64,000 nt of DNA, from the NCBI GenBank assembly GCA_034521595.1, contig JAXHMG010000003.1, positions 2,016,001 through 2,080,000 of the forward strand, given 5' to 3'. Every line of letters starts with the position of its first letter. The first letter of the stretch is position 1. This DNA comes from Gemmatimonadota bacterium. Lineage in GTDB: Bacteria > Gemmatimonadota > Gemmatimonadetes > Longimicrobiales > Gaopeijiaceae. The position numbers were made by a program, and so were the translations under genes. The notes beneath the pieces are model-generated. The model did no database searches. It saw only the letters and a program-made list of their open reading frames with translations, and was not told the DNA's origin. Shown piece after piece: positions 9,795-22,043 of the stretch.

Positions 9795-12700
9795 TCAGCC
9801 CTCGACGTCCAGGCCGTCGCCCAGGCCGCCGAGGCCGGGCACCAGCTCGTCCGGCTCGCCGAGAGGAACGATCTCCTCGTCGTAGTAGGACTGCTCGACC
9901 ATGAACTCCACGTCCTGAAACCGGTGAACGCCGGTTCCCGCGGGGATCAGGTGGCCGATGATGATGTTCTCCTTCAGGCCCTTGAGCTCGTCGCGGGCAC
10001 CGCGCACGGCGGCGTCCGTGAGCACTCGGGTGGTTTCCTGGAAGGACGCGGCCGAGAAGAAGGACTCGGTCGTGAGGCTGGCCTTGGTGATGCCGAGCAG
10101 CAACGGTTCCGACCTGGCCGGCTTCAATCCGTCTTGGATGGCCTGGAGGTTCACATCGCGGAACTCCGTGCGGTCGACGTGCTCCCCTTCGAGGAGCTGC
10201 GTGTCGCCGGCATCCGTGACGCGTACCTTCTGCAACATCTGGCGTACGATCACGCCGATGTGCTTGTCGTTGATCTTCACGCCCTGGAGCCGGTAGACCT
10301 CCTGGATCTCGTTCAGCAGATACTCCTGAACGGCCCGTGGTCCCTTGATTCGCAGGATGTCGTGCGGGTTGATCGGCCCCTCGCTGATCCGGTCACCGGC
10401 TCGCACCAAGTCACCGGCGTGCACCCGCATGTGCTTCCCGACCGGGACGTCGTACGTACGGCTCGGCCCGGTATCGGGCGTGACGTGCACCTCGCGCTTA
10501 CCGCGTTTGATGTCCCCGAAGCTGATCTCGCCGTCGATCTCCGTGATCACGGCCGGATCCTTGGGACGCCGTGCTTCGAACAGCTCCGCCACCCTCGGCA
10601 GACCACCGGTGATGTCACGGGTCTTGTACGCCTCACGACTGATCTTCGCGAGCGTGTCGCCGGGCTTGACCTCGGCCCCGTCCGCGACGGTGAGCTGCGC
10701 GCCCACCGGAACGATGAACTCGCGCAGCTTCTCGCCCTTCTTGGTGTTCTTCCGGATCTGAAGGGTCGGATGGAGCTTCTTGTCCCGGTCTTCGATGATC
10801 GTCATCTGACGACGCCCGGTCGACTCGTCGAGCTCCTCGCGCATCGTGTGATCTTCGACGATGTCGACGAACTTCACCTTACCGGTCGCGTCGGCGACGA
10901 CGGGCTCGGAATACGGGTCCCAGCTGAAGAGCAGGTCACCCGACTCGATCTCCTGACCCTCCTCGACCGCGAGGGCGGCGCCGTACGGCACGGCGAGACT
11001 GCTACGCATCGCCCCCTCCGGCGTCTTGAGCTGAATCTGACCCTCGCGCGAGGTGACGATCCTCTTCTCGTCGGGAGTCTCGATGATGGTCACGCGCTCG
11101 AGCCCGATGATGCCGTCGAACTTCGACTTCCGCTGTGTCTGGGCGGCGATGCGCGACGCCGTGCCACCGATGTGGAACGTCCGCAGCGTGAGCTGCGTGC
11201 CCGGCTCACCGATCGACTGCGCCGCGAGGATTCCCACGGCCTCGCCGGTGTCGACCATCTGCAGCGTCGCGAGGTTGCGCCCGTAGCACATGCGGCAGAT
11301 CCCCCGCCTGGACTCACACGTGAGCACCGAGCGGATCTTGACCATCTGGATTCCGGCGTCGTCGATGTTCGCCGCGGACTCCTCGTCGATGAGCTCCCCG
11401 GTTCCGACGAGCTGTTCGCCGTCGATCGGGTCGAACACGTCCTCGAGAGCCACGTTGCCGACGATGCGGTCGGAGAGCGGCTCGATGATGTCCTCGCCCT
11501 CCTTCAGCGCCCGCATCTCCAGGCCCAGGATCGTACCGCAATCCTCGGTCTTCACGGTGACGTCCTGGGCCACGTCGACCAGACGTCGGGTGAGGTAACC
11601 GGCGTCGGCGGTCTTGAGCGCCGTGTCCGCCAGACCCTTCCGGGCCCCGTGGGTCGAGATGAAGTACTCCACCACGGTGAGCCCTTCACGGAAGTTCGAC
11701 TTGATCGGGCTTTCGATGATCTCGCCGATCCCACCCGTGAGCTTCTTCTGCGGCTTGGCCATGAGGCCGCGCATGCCCGAAAGCTGGCGCATCTGGTCAC
11801 GGTTACCGCGCGCTCCGGAGTTCATCATCATGAACACCGGGTTGAAGCCGTCCGTCGACTGCTCCAGGTGACGCACCATCGCGTCGGCGACGTCGTTGTT
11901 CGCGTGGGTCCACGTATCGATGACCTTGTTGTAGCGCTCACCGTTCGAGATGAAGCCGCTGGCGTAGGCCTTCTGGAAGCGTCCCACCTGCTCGTCCGCC
12001 TCCCCGAGGATCCGAGCCTTCTCTTCCGGCACCTCGAGATCGTCGATTCCGACGCTGAGGCCTCCCATGGTGGAATACCGGAACCCGAAGTCCTTGATCG
12101 CGTCGAGGAACTCGGTCGTCCGCTTCATGCCGGTCACGTTGAAGCATTCGAAGATCAGGTCCCCGAGCTCCTTCTTGCCGAACGTTCGGTTCAGATAGCC
12201 CAGCTCGTCGGGGATGATCGAGTTGAACAACACCCGTCCGGCGCTCGTGCGCACCCAGCGCGCCTTCTCTCCGAACTGCTCGCCGACCCAGTACCATACG
12301 GGATCCTGGAAGCGCAGGCGCTCGTCGAGGAGCGCCGCCTCCACGTCGCCGTAGGTGGACATGCGAGGCGCATCCGCGTAGAGCTCGTCCAGCTCCTCGT
12401 CGGATTTCTTCCGCCGGCTCTTCGGGAGCTGCGTATCACTCGCGGCCCGCTCGAGCTGGGTGATCTGGATCCCGGGGTTCGTGAGGTAGTACGCCCCGAT
12501 CACCATGTCCTGCGTCGGTGCGGCCACCGGGCGACCGCTCGAGGGCAGCAGGATGTTGTTCGACGACAGCATGAGCACGCGTGCTTCGAGCTGCGCCTCG
12601 AACGAGAGCGGCAGATGGACCGCCATCTGGTCCCCGTCGAAATCCGCGTTGAACGCGGCGCACACGAGCGGGTGGATGCGGATCGCCTTACCCTCGACGA

Positions 12701-14090
12701 GCACCGGCTCGAACGCCTGGATGCCCAGTCGGTGCAGCGTCGGCGCCCGGTTCAGCAGGACCGGGTGGTCCTTGATGATGTCTTCGAGCACCTCGTAGAC
12801 CTGGGGCTCGGCCTGCTCCACGATCTTCTTGGCGCGCTTGACCGTCTCGGCTTCGCCGCGCTTCTCGAGCTCGTGGATGATGAACGGTTTGAAGAGCTCG
12901 ACCGCCATGGCCTTCGGGAGGCCGCACTGGTGGAGCTTGAGCTCGGGACCGACCACGATGACGGACCGGCCCGAGTAGTCCACGCGCTTGCCGAGCAGAT
13001 TCTGCCGGAAGCGACCCTGCTTGCCCTTCAGCATGTCGCTGAGCGACTTGAGCGGGCGCTTGCCGCGGCCACGGATGGCCTTGGCCCGCCGGCCGTTGTC
13101 GAACAGCGCGTCGACCGCTTCCTGAAGCATGCGCTTCTCGTTCCGGAGGATGACCTCCGGAGCGCGCATGTCGATGAGCTTCTTGAGCCGGTTGTTCCGG
13201 TTGATGACCCGTCGATAGAGGTCGTTCAGGTCGGACGTGGCGAACCGGCCACCGTCGAGCGGAACGAGCGGACGCAGATCCGGCGGAATGACCGGGATCA
13301 CGTCCAGGATCATCCACTCGGGCCGGTTGCGCTTGTCGATGGTCTCGCCCGAGGCGCGCAGGGCGTCCACGACCTTGAGCCGCTTCAGCTTCTTCTTCTT
13401 CCGATGCTGTGACGTCTCGTTGGCGATCTCGTGGCGGAGCCACTCCGCGAGGCGATCGAGCCCCTTACCGTCCGAGTTGCGGTCCTTGATCTTGCGGTCC
13501 GGGGTGTCGAGCATGCTCAGGAGCGTCCGCATGCCCTCGGCGCCGATGTCCGCCTCGAACTCGTCGTCCCCGTCGTCACGCGCCTTCACGCGCAGGTCGT
13601 AGTACTCGTCCTCGTCGAGCAGGTCCTGGAACTCCACGTCCTGCTTGCCGGGGTTGGTGACCACGTAGGACGCGTAGTAGACGACCTTCTCCAGGTCCCT
13701 CAGGGTCATGCCCATCAGGTAGCCGAGCTGGCTCGGCAGCGTCTTGAAGAACCAGATGTGCGCCACCGGCACGGCGAGCTCGATGTGCCCCATCCGCTCA
13801 CGACGGACCTTCGAGAGCGTGACCTCGACGCCACACCGGTCACAGACGTGCCCGCGGAAGCGGATCCGCTTGAACTTCCCGCAGTGGCACTCCCAATCCT
13901 TGACCGGACCGAAGATGCGCTCGCAGAACAGTCCGTCCCGTTCCGGCTTGAACGAGCGGTAGTTGATGGTCTCCGGCTTCACGACCTCGCCGAACGACCA
14001 GCCCCGGATCTCGTCCGGAGACGCCAGGCGTACCTGGATGAAGTCGAAGTCCGACGAGCCCTGATCCCGGCTCCTGGGAAAATCAATCAT
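9795..14090 (-). CDS. rpoC: RNA polymerase beta' subunit
   Basis: [12 protein letters not shown] active-site motif, N-terminal Zn finger, 1431 aa. Confidence 0.99.
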   Translation of the reverse strand: MIDFPRSRDQGSSDFDFIQVRLASPDEIRGWSFGEVVKPETINYRSFKPERDGLFCERIFGPVKDWECHCGKFKRIRFRGHVCDRCGVEVTLSKVRRERMGHIELAVPVAHIWFFKTLPSQLGYLMGMTLRDLEKVVYYASYVVTNPGKQDVEFQDLLDEDEYYDLRVKARDDGDDEFEADIGAEGMRTLLSMLDTPDRKIKDRNSDGKGLDRLAEWLRHEIANETSQHRKKKKLKRLKVVDALRASGETIDKRNRPEWMILDVIPVIPPDLRPLVPLDGGRFATSDLNDLYRRVINRNNRLKKLIDMRAPEVILRNEKRMLQEAVDALFDNGRRAKAIRGRGKRPLKSLSDMLKGKQGRFRQNLLGKRVDYSGRSVIVVGPELKLHQCGLPKAMAVELFKPFIIHELEKRGEAETVKRAKKIVEQAEPQVYEVLEDIIKDHPVLLNRAPTLHRLGIQAFEPVLVEGKAIRIHPLVCAAFNADFDGDQMAVHLPLSFEAQLEARVLMLSSNNILLPSSGRPVAAPTQDMVIGAYYLTNPGIQITQLERAASDTQLPKSRRKKSDEELDELYADAPRMSTYGDVEAALLDERLRFQDPVWYWVGEQFGEKARWVRTSAGRVLFNSIIPDELGYLNRTFGKKELGDLIFECFNVTGMKRTTEFLDAIKDFGFRYSTMGGLSVGIDDLEVPEEKARILGEADEQVGRFQKAYASGFISNGERYNKVIDTWTHANNDVADAMVRHLEQSTDGFNPVFMMMNSGARGNRDQMRQLSGMRGLMAKPQKKLTGGIGEIIESPIKSNFREGLTVVEYFISTHGARKGLADTALKTADAGYLTRRLVDVAQDVTVKTEDCGTILGLEMRALKEGEDIIEPLSDRIVGNVALEDVFDPIDGEQLVGTGELIDEESAANIDDAGIQMVKIRSVLTCESRRGICRMCYGRNLATLQMVDTGEAVGILAAQSIGEPGTQLTLRTFHIGGTASRIAAQTQRKSKFDGIIGLERVTIIETPDEKRIVTSREGQIQLKTPEGAMRSSLAVPYGAALAVEEGQEIESGDLLFSWDPYSEPVVADATGKVKFVDIVEDHTMREELDESTGRRQMTIIEDRDKKLHPTLQIRKNTKKGEKLREFIVPVGAQLTVADGAEVKPGDTLAKISREAYKTRDITGGLPRVAELFEARRPKDPAVITEIDGEISFGDIKRGKREVHVTPDTGPSRTYDVPVGKHMRVHAGDLVRAGDRISEGPINPHDILRIKGPRAVQEYLLNEIQEVYRLQGVKINDKHIGVIVRQMLQKVRVTDAGDTQLLEGEHVDRTEFRDVNLQAIQDGLKPARSEPLLLGITKASLTTESFFSAASFQETTRVLTDAAVRGARDELKGLKENIIIGHLIPAGTGVHRFQDVEFMVEQSYYDEEIVPLGEPDELVPGLGGLGDGLDVEG

Positions 14091-17000
14091 TTACTCTTCC
14101 TCCCCGAGCGTGACGCTCAGGCCGAGTGCCTGGAGTTCTTTGACGAGCACGTTGAACGACTCCGGAAGCCCCGGCTTCGGCAGGTTGTCTCCCTTGACGA
14201 TCGCCTCGTACACCTTGGAGCGGCCCTGCACGTCGTCCGACTTGACGGTCAGGATCTCCTGGAGCGTGTGCGCGGCGCCGTAGGCTTCGAGTGCCCAGAC
14301 CTCCATCTCGCCGAAGCGCTGGCCACCGAACTGGGCCTTACCGGCCAGCGGCTGCTGCGTAACGAGTGAATACGGCCCGATCGAGCGCGCGTGAATCTTG
14401 TCGTCGATGAGGTGGCTGAGCTTGAGCATGTAGACCGCGCCCACCGTGACCGGGAAGTCGAAGCGGCGGCCGCTTCGGCCGTCCCGCAGCCAGACCTTGC
14501 CGTTGGGCAGGACCTCGGCGTGCGTCATGAGCTCCACGACCGCGTCGTCGAGCCCCGACTTCACCGAGGAACGTCCCTTCAGCTTTTGGGCGGCGGGGAA
14601 GATGTCGCCCATCTTCTCGCCGCGCCGTTCGGCGATCTCTTCGGCCGCGGCGACCACGAAGGTGGCGATGTCGTCGAACAGCTTCTGTTGCTTCTTGGTC
14701 AGGTCGGTGTCGAGGAACGCGTCGAACGACTGGCCGATGCCCCGGGTCCGGTTGGCCGGATGAGTACCGTTGCCGTTGCCGTTTCCGGCGCCGTTACTGT
14801 CCGGCGTCGCCATGACGACCGGCAGCTTGTTGGCCACGGCCACGAGCTCGTCGATGTCCTCCCGGCCGGCCGGAGCTTCGGCCCGAAGCCCGAGCGAGTC
14901 GCTCAGCCACTTGAGCCCGGCGAGCTTCAGCAGCGCTCCGATCTCGTTCTCCGTCGCCCCCTGGAAGACCGGCGTCTTGGCCTCGAAGCCGAGAACATGC
15001 GCGGCCCAACCGAGGTGGGTCTCGAGAACCTGGCCCACGTTCATGCGGGACGGCACGCCGAGCGGGTTGAGGACGATGTCGACCGGGGTCCCGTCCGGGA
15101 GGAACGGCATGTCCTCTTCCGGCGCGATCCGGGCGATGATGCCCTTGTTGCCGTGGCGTCCGGCCATCTTGTCGCCCACCGAGATCTTTCGCTTCTCGGC
15201 CACGTAGACTTTCACGAGCTGGACCACGCCCGGTGGCAGCTCATCCGGCTGGAAGACCTTGTCGATCTGCTCCTCGGTCTTCTCCTTCACCCGCTGGATG
15301 CGACGATCGGCCTCGTCCACGAGCCGACGGATCTTCTCGCTCGCGTCCTTGTTCTGAACCTTCAACGTCGAGAGATCGACCTTCCTGAAGTCGATCTCGT
15401 CGATCTGGGCCTTGGTGAGCTTGGTGCCCTCGTCGATGAACGGCTCGACGGTGCCCTTCTTGAGCATGAGCGCCACGGTCTGCCGCTGAAGCAGACTCCG
15501 CAGCTCCTCGTCACGGGCCTCGGAGATCCGTTGGATCTCGTCCCGCTCCATCATGCGGAGATCGCCGATCTTCGCGCCGTGCTCCTTCTCGAGCAGCGGA
15601 TCGTCGATGCGGCGCGAGAAGATCTTCACGTCGATGATCGTCCCGGTCATGCCGGGGGACACGCGCAGCGACGAGTCCTTCACGTCCTTGGCCTTCTCGC
15701 CGAAGATGGCGGTGAGGAGCTTCTCCTCGGGGGAAAGCTCGGTCTCGCCCTTCGGCGTGATCTTTCCGACCAGGGTGTCGCCGGCCTTCACCCGCGCGCC
15801 GATACGAACGATTCCGCGCTCGTCGAGGTCGACCAGGCTTTCCTCGGCGACGTTCGGAATCTCACGGGTGATCTCCTCCATGCCCCGCTTCGTGTCCCGT
15901 ACGTGTAGCTCGAGCTCCTGGATATGGATCGACGTATAGACGTCGTCCTTCACCAGACGCTCGCTGAGGACCACGGCGTCCTCGAAGTTCGACCCGTACC
16001 ACGGCATGAACGCCACCAGGATGTTGCGTCCGAGCGCGAGCTCGCCGTTGTCGGTGCCCGGACCGTCGGCGATCACGTCGCCGGGTCCCACTTCCTCGCC
16101 CAACTTCACCAACGGGCGCTGATTGATAGCCGTGTCCTGGTTGGTGCGCCAGTACTTACGGAGACGGTAGCGGTCGAACTGCGCCAGCTTGGCGAGCGGC
16201 TGATCCTCGTCGCCGGGCGACGTCGCTCCGGTGTCGATGATGATCTCGTCGGCCGTCGCGCGCACCACGCTTCCACCGCGGCGCGCCGTGATCACGGCGC
16301 CGGAGTCGGTCGCGACCTTGCCTTCGAGCCCGGTGCCGACGAGCGGCGCATCCGTGTGGAGGAGCGGCACGGCCTGACGCTGCATGTTCGAGCCCATGAG
16401 GGCACGGTTGGCGTCGTCGTGCTCGAGGAACGGGATGAGCGCGGCCGCCACGGACACCATCTGGTCCGGAGCCACGTCCATGTATTCGATGTCGTCGGCC
16501 CCGAGCAGCGGGAAGTCACCCTTCTGTCGGCAAAGGACGTAGTCGTTCTCGAAGTTTCCGTCCGCGTCGACCGGAGCGTTCGCCTGGGCGATCCGTGCTT
16601 CCTCTTCCTCGTTCGCCGAGAGCCACTCGATCTCGTCGGTGACCTTGCCGTCCCTCACGATCCGGTACGGCGTCTCCACGAAGCCGAGGTCGTTGACGCG
16701 CGAATAGGTGGTGAGCGAGGTGATCAGACCGATGTTCGGCCCCTCCGGCGTCTCGATCGGGCACATGCGGCCGTAGTGCGTATAGTGCACGTCCCGCACC
16801 TCGAAGCCCGCCCGCTCGCGGGTCAGACCGCCGGGTCCGAGCGCGGACAGACGCCGCTTGTGCGTCATCTCCCCGAGCGGGTTGGTCTGATCCATGAACT
16901 GGCTGAGCTGACTCGACCCGAAGAACGCCTGGATGACGGCGGAAACGGTCCGCGCGTTCACGAGGTCGTCGATGTTGATCTTCTCGGGGTCGGTGTTGAT

Positions 17001-18326
17001 CGACATCCGCTCCTTGACCAGCCGGGCCATGCGACTGAGGCCCACGCTGAACTGGTTGGCGATGAGCTCACCCACGGTCCGCACGCGACGGTTGCCGAGG
17101 TGGTCGATGTCGTCGATGTAGCCGCTTCCCTCGTTGAGCGCGATCAGATGCCCAATGATGGAGACGAAGTCCTGCGGCGTGAGCACGGTCTCGTCCCGCG
17201 ACACGTCGACGCCGAGCCGCGAGTTGATCTTGTAGCGTCCAACCCGCCCGAGGTCGTAGCGCTTCGGGCTGAAGAAGACCCGCTCGAGCGCTTCCCGGGC
17301 CGTCTCCACGTTCGGAGCCTCGCCGGGCCGCAGAAGCGAGTAGATGGCGCTCAGCGCATCTTCCTCGTTGTCGGTCGGGTCCTTCTTGATCGTGTTCTTG
17401 ATGAGCGGGCTCTCGCCGCGCGAGCTCTCTCGGTCGCTCGTGTAGACCTTGATCTTCTCGGTGCCGAGCCGTTCGAGGATCCCGATGACCTCGTCGTCGA
17501 TTTCCGCACCGTTGTCGATCAGGACCTCGCCCGTCTCCGGATCCACGAGCTCCTCGGCGATCGCCTTCCCTTCGATCTCCGAGCGTACATCGTCGTCGAG
17601 CTCGCCGAGCTCGACGTCCGTCGCGTCATAGTAGAGCTGGAAGATGTCGGCATCGCTGCCGTACCCGAGCGCGCGCAGCAACGCCGTCGCCGGGAACTTC
17701 TTCTTCTTGTCGATGTGGATGTAGCAGATGTCGTTGATGTCGAGCGTGAACTCCACCCACGATCCCCGGAAGGGAATGATCCGCGCGCTGTAGAGCCGTG
17801 TCCCGTTCGGGTGCACGTTCTCCTCGAACACCACGCCCGGCGAGCGGTGGAGCTGGCTGACCACGACACGCTCGGCACCGTTGATGATGAACGTGCCGAG
17901 CTCGGTGAGCAGTGGGAGGTCACCGAGATAGACTTCCTTCTCGATGATGTCCTTGGGGCGGCGCTCTCCGGCGTCCTCCGCCTTGACGCCCTCCTCGAGC
18001 TCTTCCCAGACGATGAGCCGAAGCGTCGCCTTGAGGGGCGCCGCGTAAGTCATGTCACGCTCGATGCACTCTTCGACCGAGTACTTCGGCTCGCCCAGCG
18101 CGGCGGAGACGTAGTCGAGCTGGAAGTTCTCGTTGACGTCCGTGATGGGGAAGATCTCCCCGAAGACGCGGTCGAGCCCGAAGTCCCACTGCACTCCGTC
18201 TTCCCCACTCGACTCGATGAGCTTCTCGAACGACCGTACCTGGACGTCGAGCAGATTCGGCATCGGCATGACCCCCTGGAGCTTCTGCAAGCTCAGGATG
18301 GGTCGGTTATCCTTACGCAGTTCCAA
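14091..18326 (-). CDS. rpoB: RNA polymerase beta subunit
   Basis: [38 protein letters not shown] start preceded by GAGGGGG. Confidence 0.99.
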   Translation of the reverse strand: MELRKDNRPILSLQKLQGVMPMPNLLDVQVRSFEKLIESSGEDGVQWDFGLDRVFGEIFPITDVNENFQLDYVSAALGEPKYSVEECIERDMTYAAPLKATLRLIVWEELEEGVKAEDAGERRPKDIIEKEVYLGDLPLLTELGTFIINGAERVVVSQLHRSPGVVFEENVHPNGTRLYSARIIPFRGSWVEFTLDINDICYIHIDKKKKFPATALLRALGYGSDADIFQLYYDATDVELGELDDDVRSEIEGKAIAEELVDPETGEVLIDNGAEIDDEVIGILERLGTEKIKVYTSDRESSRGESPLIKNTIKKDPTDNEEDALSAIYSLLRPGEAPNVETAREALERVFFSPKRYDLGRVGRYKINSRLGVDVSRDETVLTPQDFVSIIGHLIALNEGSGYIDDIDHLGNRRVRTVGELIANQFSVGLSRMARLVKERMSINTDPEKINIDDLVNARTVSAVIQAFFGSSQLSQFMDQTNPLGEMTHKRRLSALGPGGLTRERAGFEVRDVHYTHYGRMCPIETPEGPNIGLITSLTTYSRVNDLGFVETPYRIVRDGKVTDEIEWLSANEEEEARIAQANAPVDADGNFENDYVLCRQKGDFPLLGADDIEYMDVAPDQMVSVAAALIPFLEHDDANRALMGSNMQRQAVPLLHTDAPLVGTGLEGKVATDSGAVITARRGGSVVRATADEIIIDTGATSPGDEDQPLAKLAQFDRYRLRKYWRTNQDTAINQRPLVKLGEEVGPGDVIADGPGTDNGELALGRNILVAFMPWYGSNFEDAVVLSERLVKDDVYTSIHIQELELHVRDTKRGMEEITREIPNVAEESLVDLDERGIVRIGARVKAGDTLVGKITPKGETELSPEEKLLTAIFGEKAKDVKDSSLRVSPGMTGTIIDVKIFSRRIDDPLLEKEHGAKIGDLRMMERDEIQRISEARDEELRSLLQRQTVALMLKKGTVEPFIDEGTKLTKAQIDEIDFRKVDLSTLKVQNKDASEKIRRLVDEADRRIQRVKEKTEEQIDKVFQPDELPPGVVQLVKVYVAEKRKISVGDKMAGRHGNKGIIARIAPEEDMPFLPDGTPVDIVLNPLGVPSRMNVGQVLETHLGWAAHVLGFEAKTPVFQGATENEIGALLKLAGLKWLSDSLGLRAEAPAGREDIDELVAVANKLPVVMATPDSNGAGNGNGNGTHPANRTRGIGQSFDAFLDTDLTKKQQKLFDDIATFVVAAAEEIAERRGEKMGDIFPAAQKLKGRSSVKSGLDDAVVELMTHAEVLPNGKVWLRDGRSGRRFDFPVTVGAVYMLKLSHLIDDKIHARSIGPYSLVTQQPLAGKAQFGGQRFGEMEVWALEAYGAAHTLQEILTVKSDDVQGRSKVYEAIVKGDNLPKPGLPESFNVLVKELQALGLSVTLGEEE

Positions 18327-18554
18327 CGTGCGTCCCCCTCACGGAACCCACCGGGCAGAGCCGGCGAGTCACGCATCTCGTGTTCGACATGGTGGGACAA
18401 GCGCGTGAATCCCCGACGCGCGTACGCACCCCTAGGGGGTGCCCGCGGCGGGGATCCACACCGGCCCGAGCATGGGAGCGGACGGGTAAGAACCCGCCAC
18501 CCCGAGCTATCTTCGTCGGCCGATCGAGCGACCGGCCGTCGTGCTCCCGGTTAC

Positions 18555-18935
18555 CTATTTGAGCGCGACCGTCGCGCCGACATCCTCGAGCTTCGCCTTC
18601 ATCTCTTCTGCCTCCTCCTTGGCCACCCCTTCCTTCATGCTCTTGGGTGCGCCGTCGACGACCTCCTTGGCTTCCTTCAACCCCAGTCCGGTGAGCTCGC
18701 GCACCACCTTGATGACCTGGATCTTCTTGTCGCCGACATCTTCAAGGACCACCTCGAACTCGTCCTGCTCCTCGGCAGCCTCCTCGGCACCGGGTGCGGC
18801 AGCGCCCGCGGCAGCCGCCGGAGCGGCCACGGCCGTGACGTTGAACTTTTCCTTGAAAGCGTCAACGAACTCCGAGAGCTCGAGAACGGTCATGTTGCCG
18901 ATGGTTTCGAGCAGCTCTTCGTGATTCGTCGCCAT
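18555..18935 (-). CDS. rplL: 50S ribosomal protein L7/L12
   Basis: [24 protein letters not shown]. Confidence 0.98.
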   Translation of the reverse strand: MATNHEELLETIGNMTVLELSEFVDAFKEKFNVTAVAAPAAAAGAAAPGAEEAAEEQDEFEVVLEDVGDKKIQVIKVVRELTGLGLKEAKEVVDGAPKSMKEGVAKEEAEEMKAKLEDVGATVALK

Positions 18936-19045
18936 TGTACCTGATTCCTCCTGATGCTCACCGACACCGCGCCGGCGATTGGGTTGACCCTGTTTCTATG
19001 ACCAGGGACGCGCCCGCGTCCCTACAACAATGCCCGGGATGCGGG

Positions 19046-19576
19046 CTAACTGCCGGTCGCCTCGCGCTCTGCCTTGAGCGCATCGACGAGGCCGGCCGTC
19101 TCCTGAAGCTTCGCTCCGAGGGCCCCGGCCAGCGCCGTGAGCGGCGCCTCCATGGCTCCCGCGAGCTCCGCGTAAAGCTCGTCCTTGGACGGAAGCTTGG
19201 CGATCCGCGTGATCTGCTCGGGCGCCAGGACCTTGCTGTCCAACACGCCGAGCTTGAACACCGGTCGCTCGTTGTGTTGCTTCGCGAAGTCCGTAACCGC
19301 CTTCGCCGCGCCGACCGCGTCCTCGTAGCCGAACACCATGCCCGTCGGCCCCTCGAGGCTGCCCGAGATGTCCGGGAGCTCGGTGTCCGCGAGCGCACGC
19401 ATCGCCAAGCGGTTCTTGACCACCACGTATTCGGCTCCGGAGTCCCGCAAAGACCGTCGCAGGGTGGTCATCTGCTTGACGCTCAGACCCGTGAAGTCCG
19501 TCAGATAAAGGACCGGCGCCCGGTTGATCCGGTCTCGCAGCTCCGTGACGAACGATTCCTTGCTAGTGCGATCCAT
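19046..19576 (-). CDS. rplJ: 50S ribosomal protein L10
   Basis: DFTGLSV...YVVVKNRLA...IAKLPSKDEL. Confidence 0.97.
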   Translation of the reverse strand: MDRTSKESFVTELRDRINRAPVLYLTDFTGLSVKQMTTLRRSLRDSGAEYVVVKNRLAMRALADTELPDISGSLEGPTGMVFGYEDAVGAAKAVTDFAKQHNERPVFKLGVLDSKVLAPEQITRIAKLPSKDELYAELAGAMEAPLTALAGALGAKLQETAGLVDALKAEREATGS

Positions 19577-20271
19577 CAGGCCCTCCGATACAGGTTCGGG
19601 TCGATGGGAACGCCCGGCCCCATGGTGCTCGACACCGTGACGCTTCTGACGTAGAGGCCCTTGGTCGCCGCGGGCCGTGCGCGCATGATCTGCTCCATGA
19701 AGGCTCCGAGGTTCTCCTCGAGCGCTTCTTCGGAAAACGACACTTTCCCGATCGGCGCGTGGATGTTTCCGGTCTTGTCGACCCGGAACTCGATCTTACC
19801 GGCCTTGATCTCGCGAACCGCACGGTCGATGTCGAAGGTCACCGTGCCCGCTTTGGGCGTGGGCATGAGCCCCCGCGGTCCCAACATGCGACCGAGCGGC
19901 CCGACCTTCCCCATCATGTCCGGCGTGGCGACCACGACGTCGAAATCGAGCCAGCCTTCCTGGATCTTGTCGACGTAGTCGACCCCGACGTAGTCAGCTC
20001 CGGCTTCCTTGGCCTCGGTCTCCTTCTCGCCCTGGGCAATAACGAGCACCCGCGTCGTCTTGCCGGTTCCATGGGGCAGGACGACCGTTCCGCGGACGAG
20101 CTGGTCGGCCTTCCGGGGGTCGACCCCGAGGCGGGTCGCGAGCTCGACCGTTTCGTCGAAGTCCGCGAACGCCAACTGTTTGACGAGCTCCACCGCGTCC
20201 TCCGGGCTGAACTTCGACCCGACGGGCACGGCCAGCCGTGCTGCGGCATAGCGCTTGCCGTTCTTAGTCAT
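19576..20271 (-). CDS. rplA: 50S ribosomal protein L1
   Basis: FDETVE...[24 protein letters not shown]...LGPRGLMP. Confidence 0.98.
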   Translation of the reverse strand: MTKNGKRYAAARLAVPVGSKFSPEDAVELVKQLAFADFDETVELATRLGVDPRKADQLVRGTVVLPHGTGKTTRVLVIAQGEKETEAKEAGADYVGVDYVDKIQEGWLDFDVVVATPDMMGKVGPLGRMLGPRGLMPTPKAGTVTFDIDRAVREIKAGKIEFRVDKTGNIHAPIGKVSFSEEALEENLGAFMEQIMRARPAATKGLYVRSVTVSSTMGPGVPIDPNLYRRA

Positions 20272-20335
20272 TCTGTCTCGAGCCGTTTGTGAGCCCTTCC
20301 ACTGCTGACGGCTCCCAGACAGTGGTGCGGGCCGA
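20272..20335 (-). promoter_or_regulatory. Hairpin in the rplK-rplA spacer, candidate L1 autoregulatory site
   Basis: Minus strand CTGTCT-GG-GAGCCGT...ACGGCTC-G-AGACAG ending just before the rplA ATG; contains GGGAG. Confidence 0.35.
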
Positions 20336-20358
20336 AGCCAAGCTTCGAATCGAATTCG

Positions 20359-20784
20359 TTATCCGGCCACCTCGACGCCCATCGAACGGGCCGTCCCGGC
20401 GACCATCTCCACCGCGGAGTCCACGTCGTTGGCGTTCAGGTCCCGCATCTTCTCCCGCGCGATCTCTTCGAGCTGCGCGCGCGTGATCGTACCCACCTTT
20501 TCCCGGTTCGGCTCACCCGAGCCCTTCGCCAGGCTGATCGCGTTCTTGATCAGCACGGACGCGGGCGGCGTCTTGGTGATGAAAGTAAACGAGCGGTCGC
20601 CGAAGACCGTGATCTCGACCGGTGTGGTAATACCTTGCCGGTCCTGAGTCTGCGCGTTGAACTGCTTGCAGAACTCCATGATGTTGACGCCGTGCTGACC
20701 CAGCGCGGGGCCGACGGGAGGAGCCGGATTGGCCTGCCCGCCCGGAACATGGAGCTTGATGAACCCAACTACCTTCTTCGCCAT
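20359..20784 (-). CDS. rplK: 50S ribosomal protein L11
   Basis: [25 protein letters not shown]. Confidence 0.98.
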   Translation of the reverse strand: MAKKVVGFIKLHVPGGQANPAPPVGPALGQHGVNIMEFCKQFNAQTQDRQGITTPVEITVFGDRSFTFITKTPPASVLIKNAISLAKGSGEPNREKVGTITRAQLEEIAREKMRDLNANDVDSAVEMVAGTARSMGVEVAG

Positions 20785-20797
20785 ACTCGATCGTTCC

Positions 20798-21352
20798 TCA
20801 GTATCCCTTCAGGTCCGTGTAGTCGAGCTCGACCGAAGTCGGGCGGCCGAAGAGGGACACTTCGACCTTGACCTTGCCCTTGTCCGGGTAGACGTCCTGC
20901 ACCGTGCCGCTGAAGTCGGTGAACGGCCCCTTCGTGATCTCGACCACCTGGTCGATATGGAAGGGGATGTCTTCCTTGTCCTCGTCCTCGGCCTCGACCT
21001 CGACACCCAGGATCTTGTTGATCTCTTCCTCGCGAAGCGGCTGGGGCTCCTTGCCCTGCCCCACGAACTTGATGACGCCCTGCACGTTGCTGATCGTGTG
21101 AATCGTGCGCTCATTCAGGACCATGTGCAGGAGCACGTAACCCGGGTACAACCGGCGCGTGACGGTAACCCGCTTGCCGTTGCGGATCTCCGTGACTTCC
21201 TGGGTCGGGACGAGCACGGTCTTGATCTCACGCGCTTCCTCGGGTTCCGGCTGCTCACCGATCTTCCTCTCGATCAGCCGCTGAACCTTGTTCTCGTGCC
21301 CGGAATACGTCTGCACCGCGTACCACTGGGTGTCGCTCACGCCTTCACCCAT
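20798..21352 (-). CDS. nusG: Transcription termination/antitermination factor NusG
   Basis: [14 protein letters not shown]...YPGYVL...[11 protein letters not shown]; start is ATG 21352 (overlapping the secE stop) or GTG 21340. Confidence 0.97.
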   Translation of the reverse strand: MGEGVSDTQWYAVQTYSGHENKVQRLIERKIGEQPEPEEAREIKTVLVPTQEVTEIRNGKRVTVTRRLYPGYVLLHMVLNERTIHTISNVQGVIKFVGQGKEPQPLREEEINKILGVEVEAEDEDKEDIPFHIDQVVEITKGPFTDFSGTVQDVYPDKGKVKVEVSLFGRPTSVELDYTDLKGY

Positions 21353-21564
21353 CAGGCTCCGAACATTCCCATGATGAGATCGACGATGAAGCTCACCGTG
21401 GAATCCATCAACCAAATGACGAGCGAGATCGCGATCGTGAACAGAATGACCACGAGGGTCGCGCTTCTCAACTGATCCCAATCGGGCCAGGTAACCTTCT
21501 GGAGCTCGATCCAACACTCCTCGAGGAAGGTACTGGTATCCCGAAACTTGTCGACGACGGCCAT
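21352..21564 (-). CDS. secE: Preprotein translocase subunit SecE
   Basis: ELQKVTWP motif plus one TM helix; position before nusG. Confidence 0.95.
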   Translation of the reverse strand: MAVVDKFRDTSTFLEECWIELQKVTWPDWDQLRSATLVVILFTIAISLVIWLMDSTVSFIVDLIMGMFGA

Positions 21565-21569
21565 GAGAC

Positions 21570-21719
21570 CTACTTCGTCTCCTTATGCGGCGTGTGCTGG
21601 CGGCAGCGGCGGCAGTACTTCTTGTACTCCACTCGCTCCGGGTGCAGACGCTTGTTCTTCGTCTTGCTGTAGTTCCTCTCCTGGCATTCCTGGCAGGCGA
21701 GAATAACTTGGTCTCTCAT
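21570..21719 (-). CDS. rpmG: 50S ribosomal protein L33 (Zn-ribbon type)
   Basis: [17 protein letters not shown]...[17 protein letters not shown], 49 aa. Confidence 0.97.
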   Translation of the reverse strand: MRDQVILACQECQERNYSKTKNKRLHPERVEYKKYCRRCRQHTPHKETK

Positions 21720-21800
21720 GTCCGGGCCTCTGCGTTCCGGGCCACTCTGTGTACGGATGGAACACCTGGGCGTTCCGTCCGTTCGTTTTTTTGTGGTGCG

Positions 21801-21945
21801 GGGGCCGTGTTGAAGCGGACCCCCGCGTCGCTCAGCCGTTCGGCCGCATGTTGTATCGCTACTTCTGACTTCTTCCTCGTGCCTCACTCCGCCGCTAAGC
21901 GCGGCGGAGCATCGCTCACGCGGGGGTCCGCTTCAACACGGCCTC
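21801..21945. repeat. Palindromic MITE/REP-like element, module B copy 2
   Basis: 26-bp perfect inverted repeat (21803-21828 / 21918-21943) with the same arms as 1710-1853; the central segment has diverged. Confidence 0.85.
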
Positions 21946-22043
21946 CGCCCGTCACGGTCGGGACGTCCTCGCGGCCGGTCCCACCCGCGCGGCGCCGGCA
22001 CGAAGCCGGCCCGCCCTGCTCGCTTTCACACAACCGCCTCACC

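Noticed and set aside
9198-13412. 1404-aa plus-strand ORF, and similar long ORFs at 3458-5539, 15924-18944, 47930-50548 and 51887-54010
   Set aside because: Antisense shadows of rpoC, fusA, rpoB, susC and nrdJ caused by high-GC codon bias; no recognisable motifs
21720-21887. N-terminal extension of L33 to 105 aa
   Set aside because: The extension runs through repeat module B; canonical L33 starts at 21719
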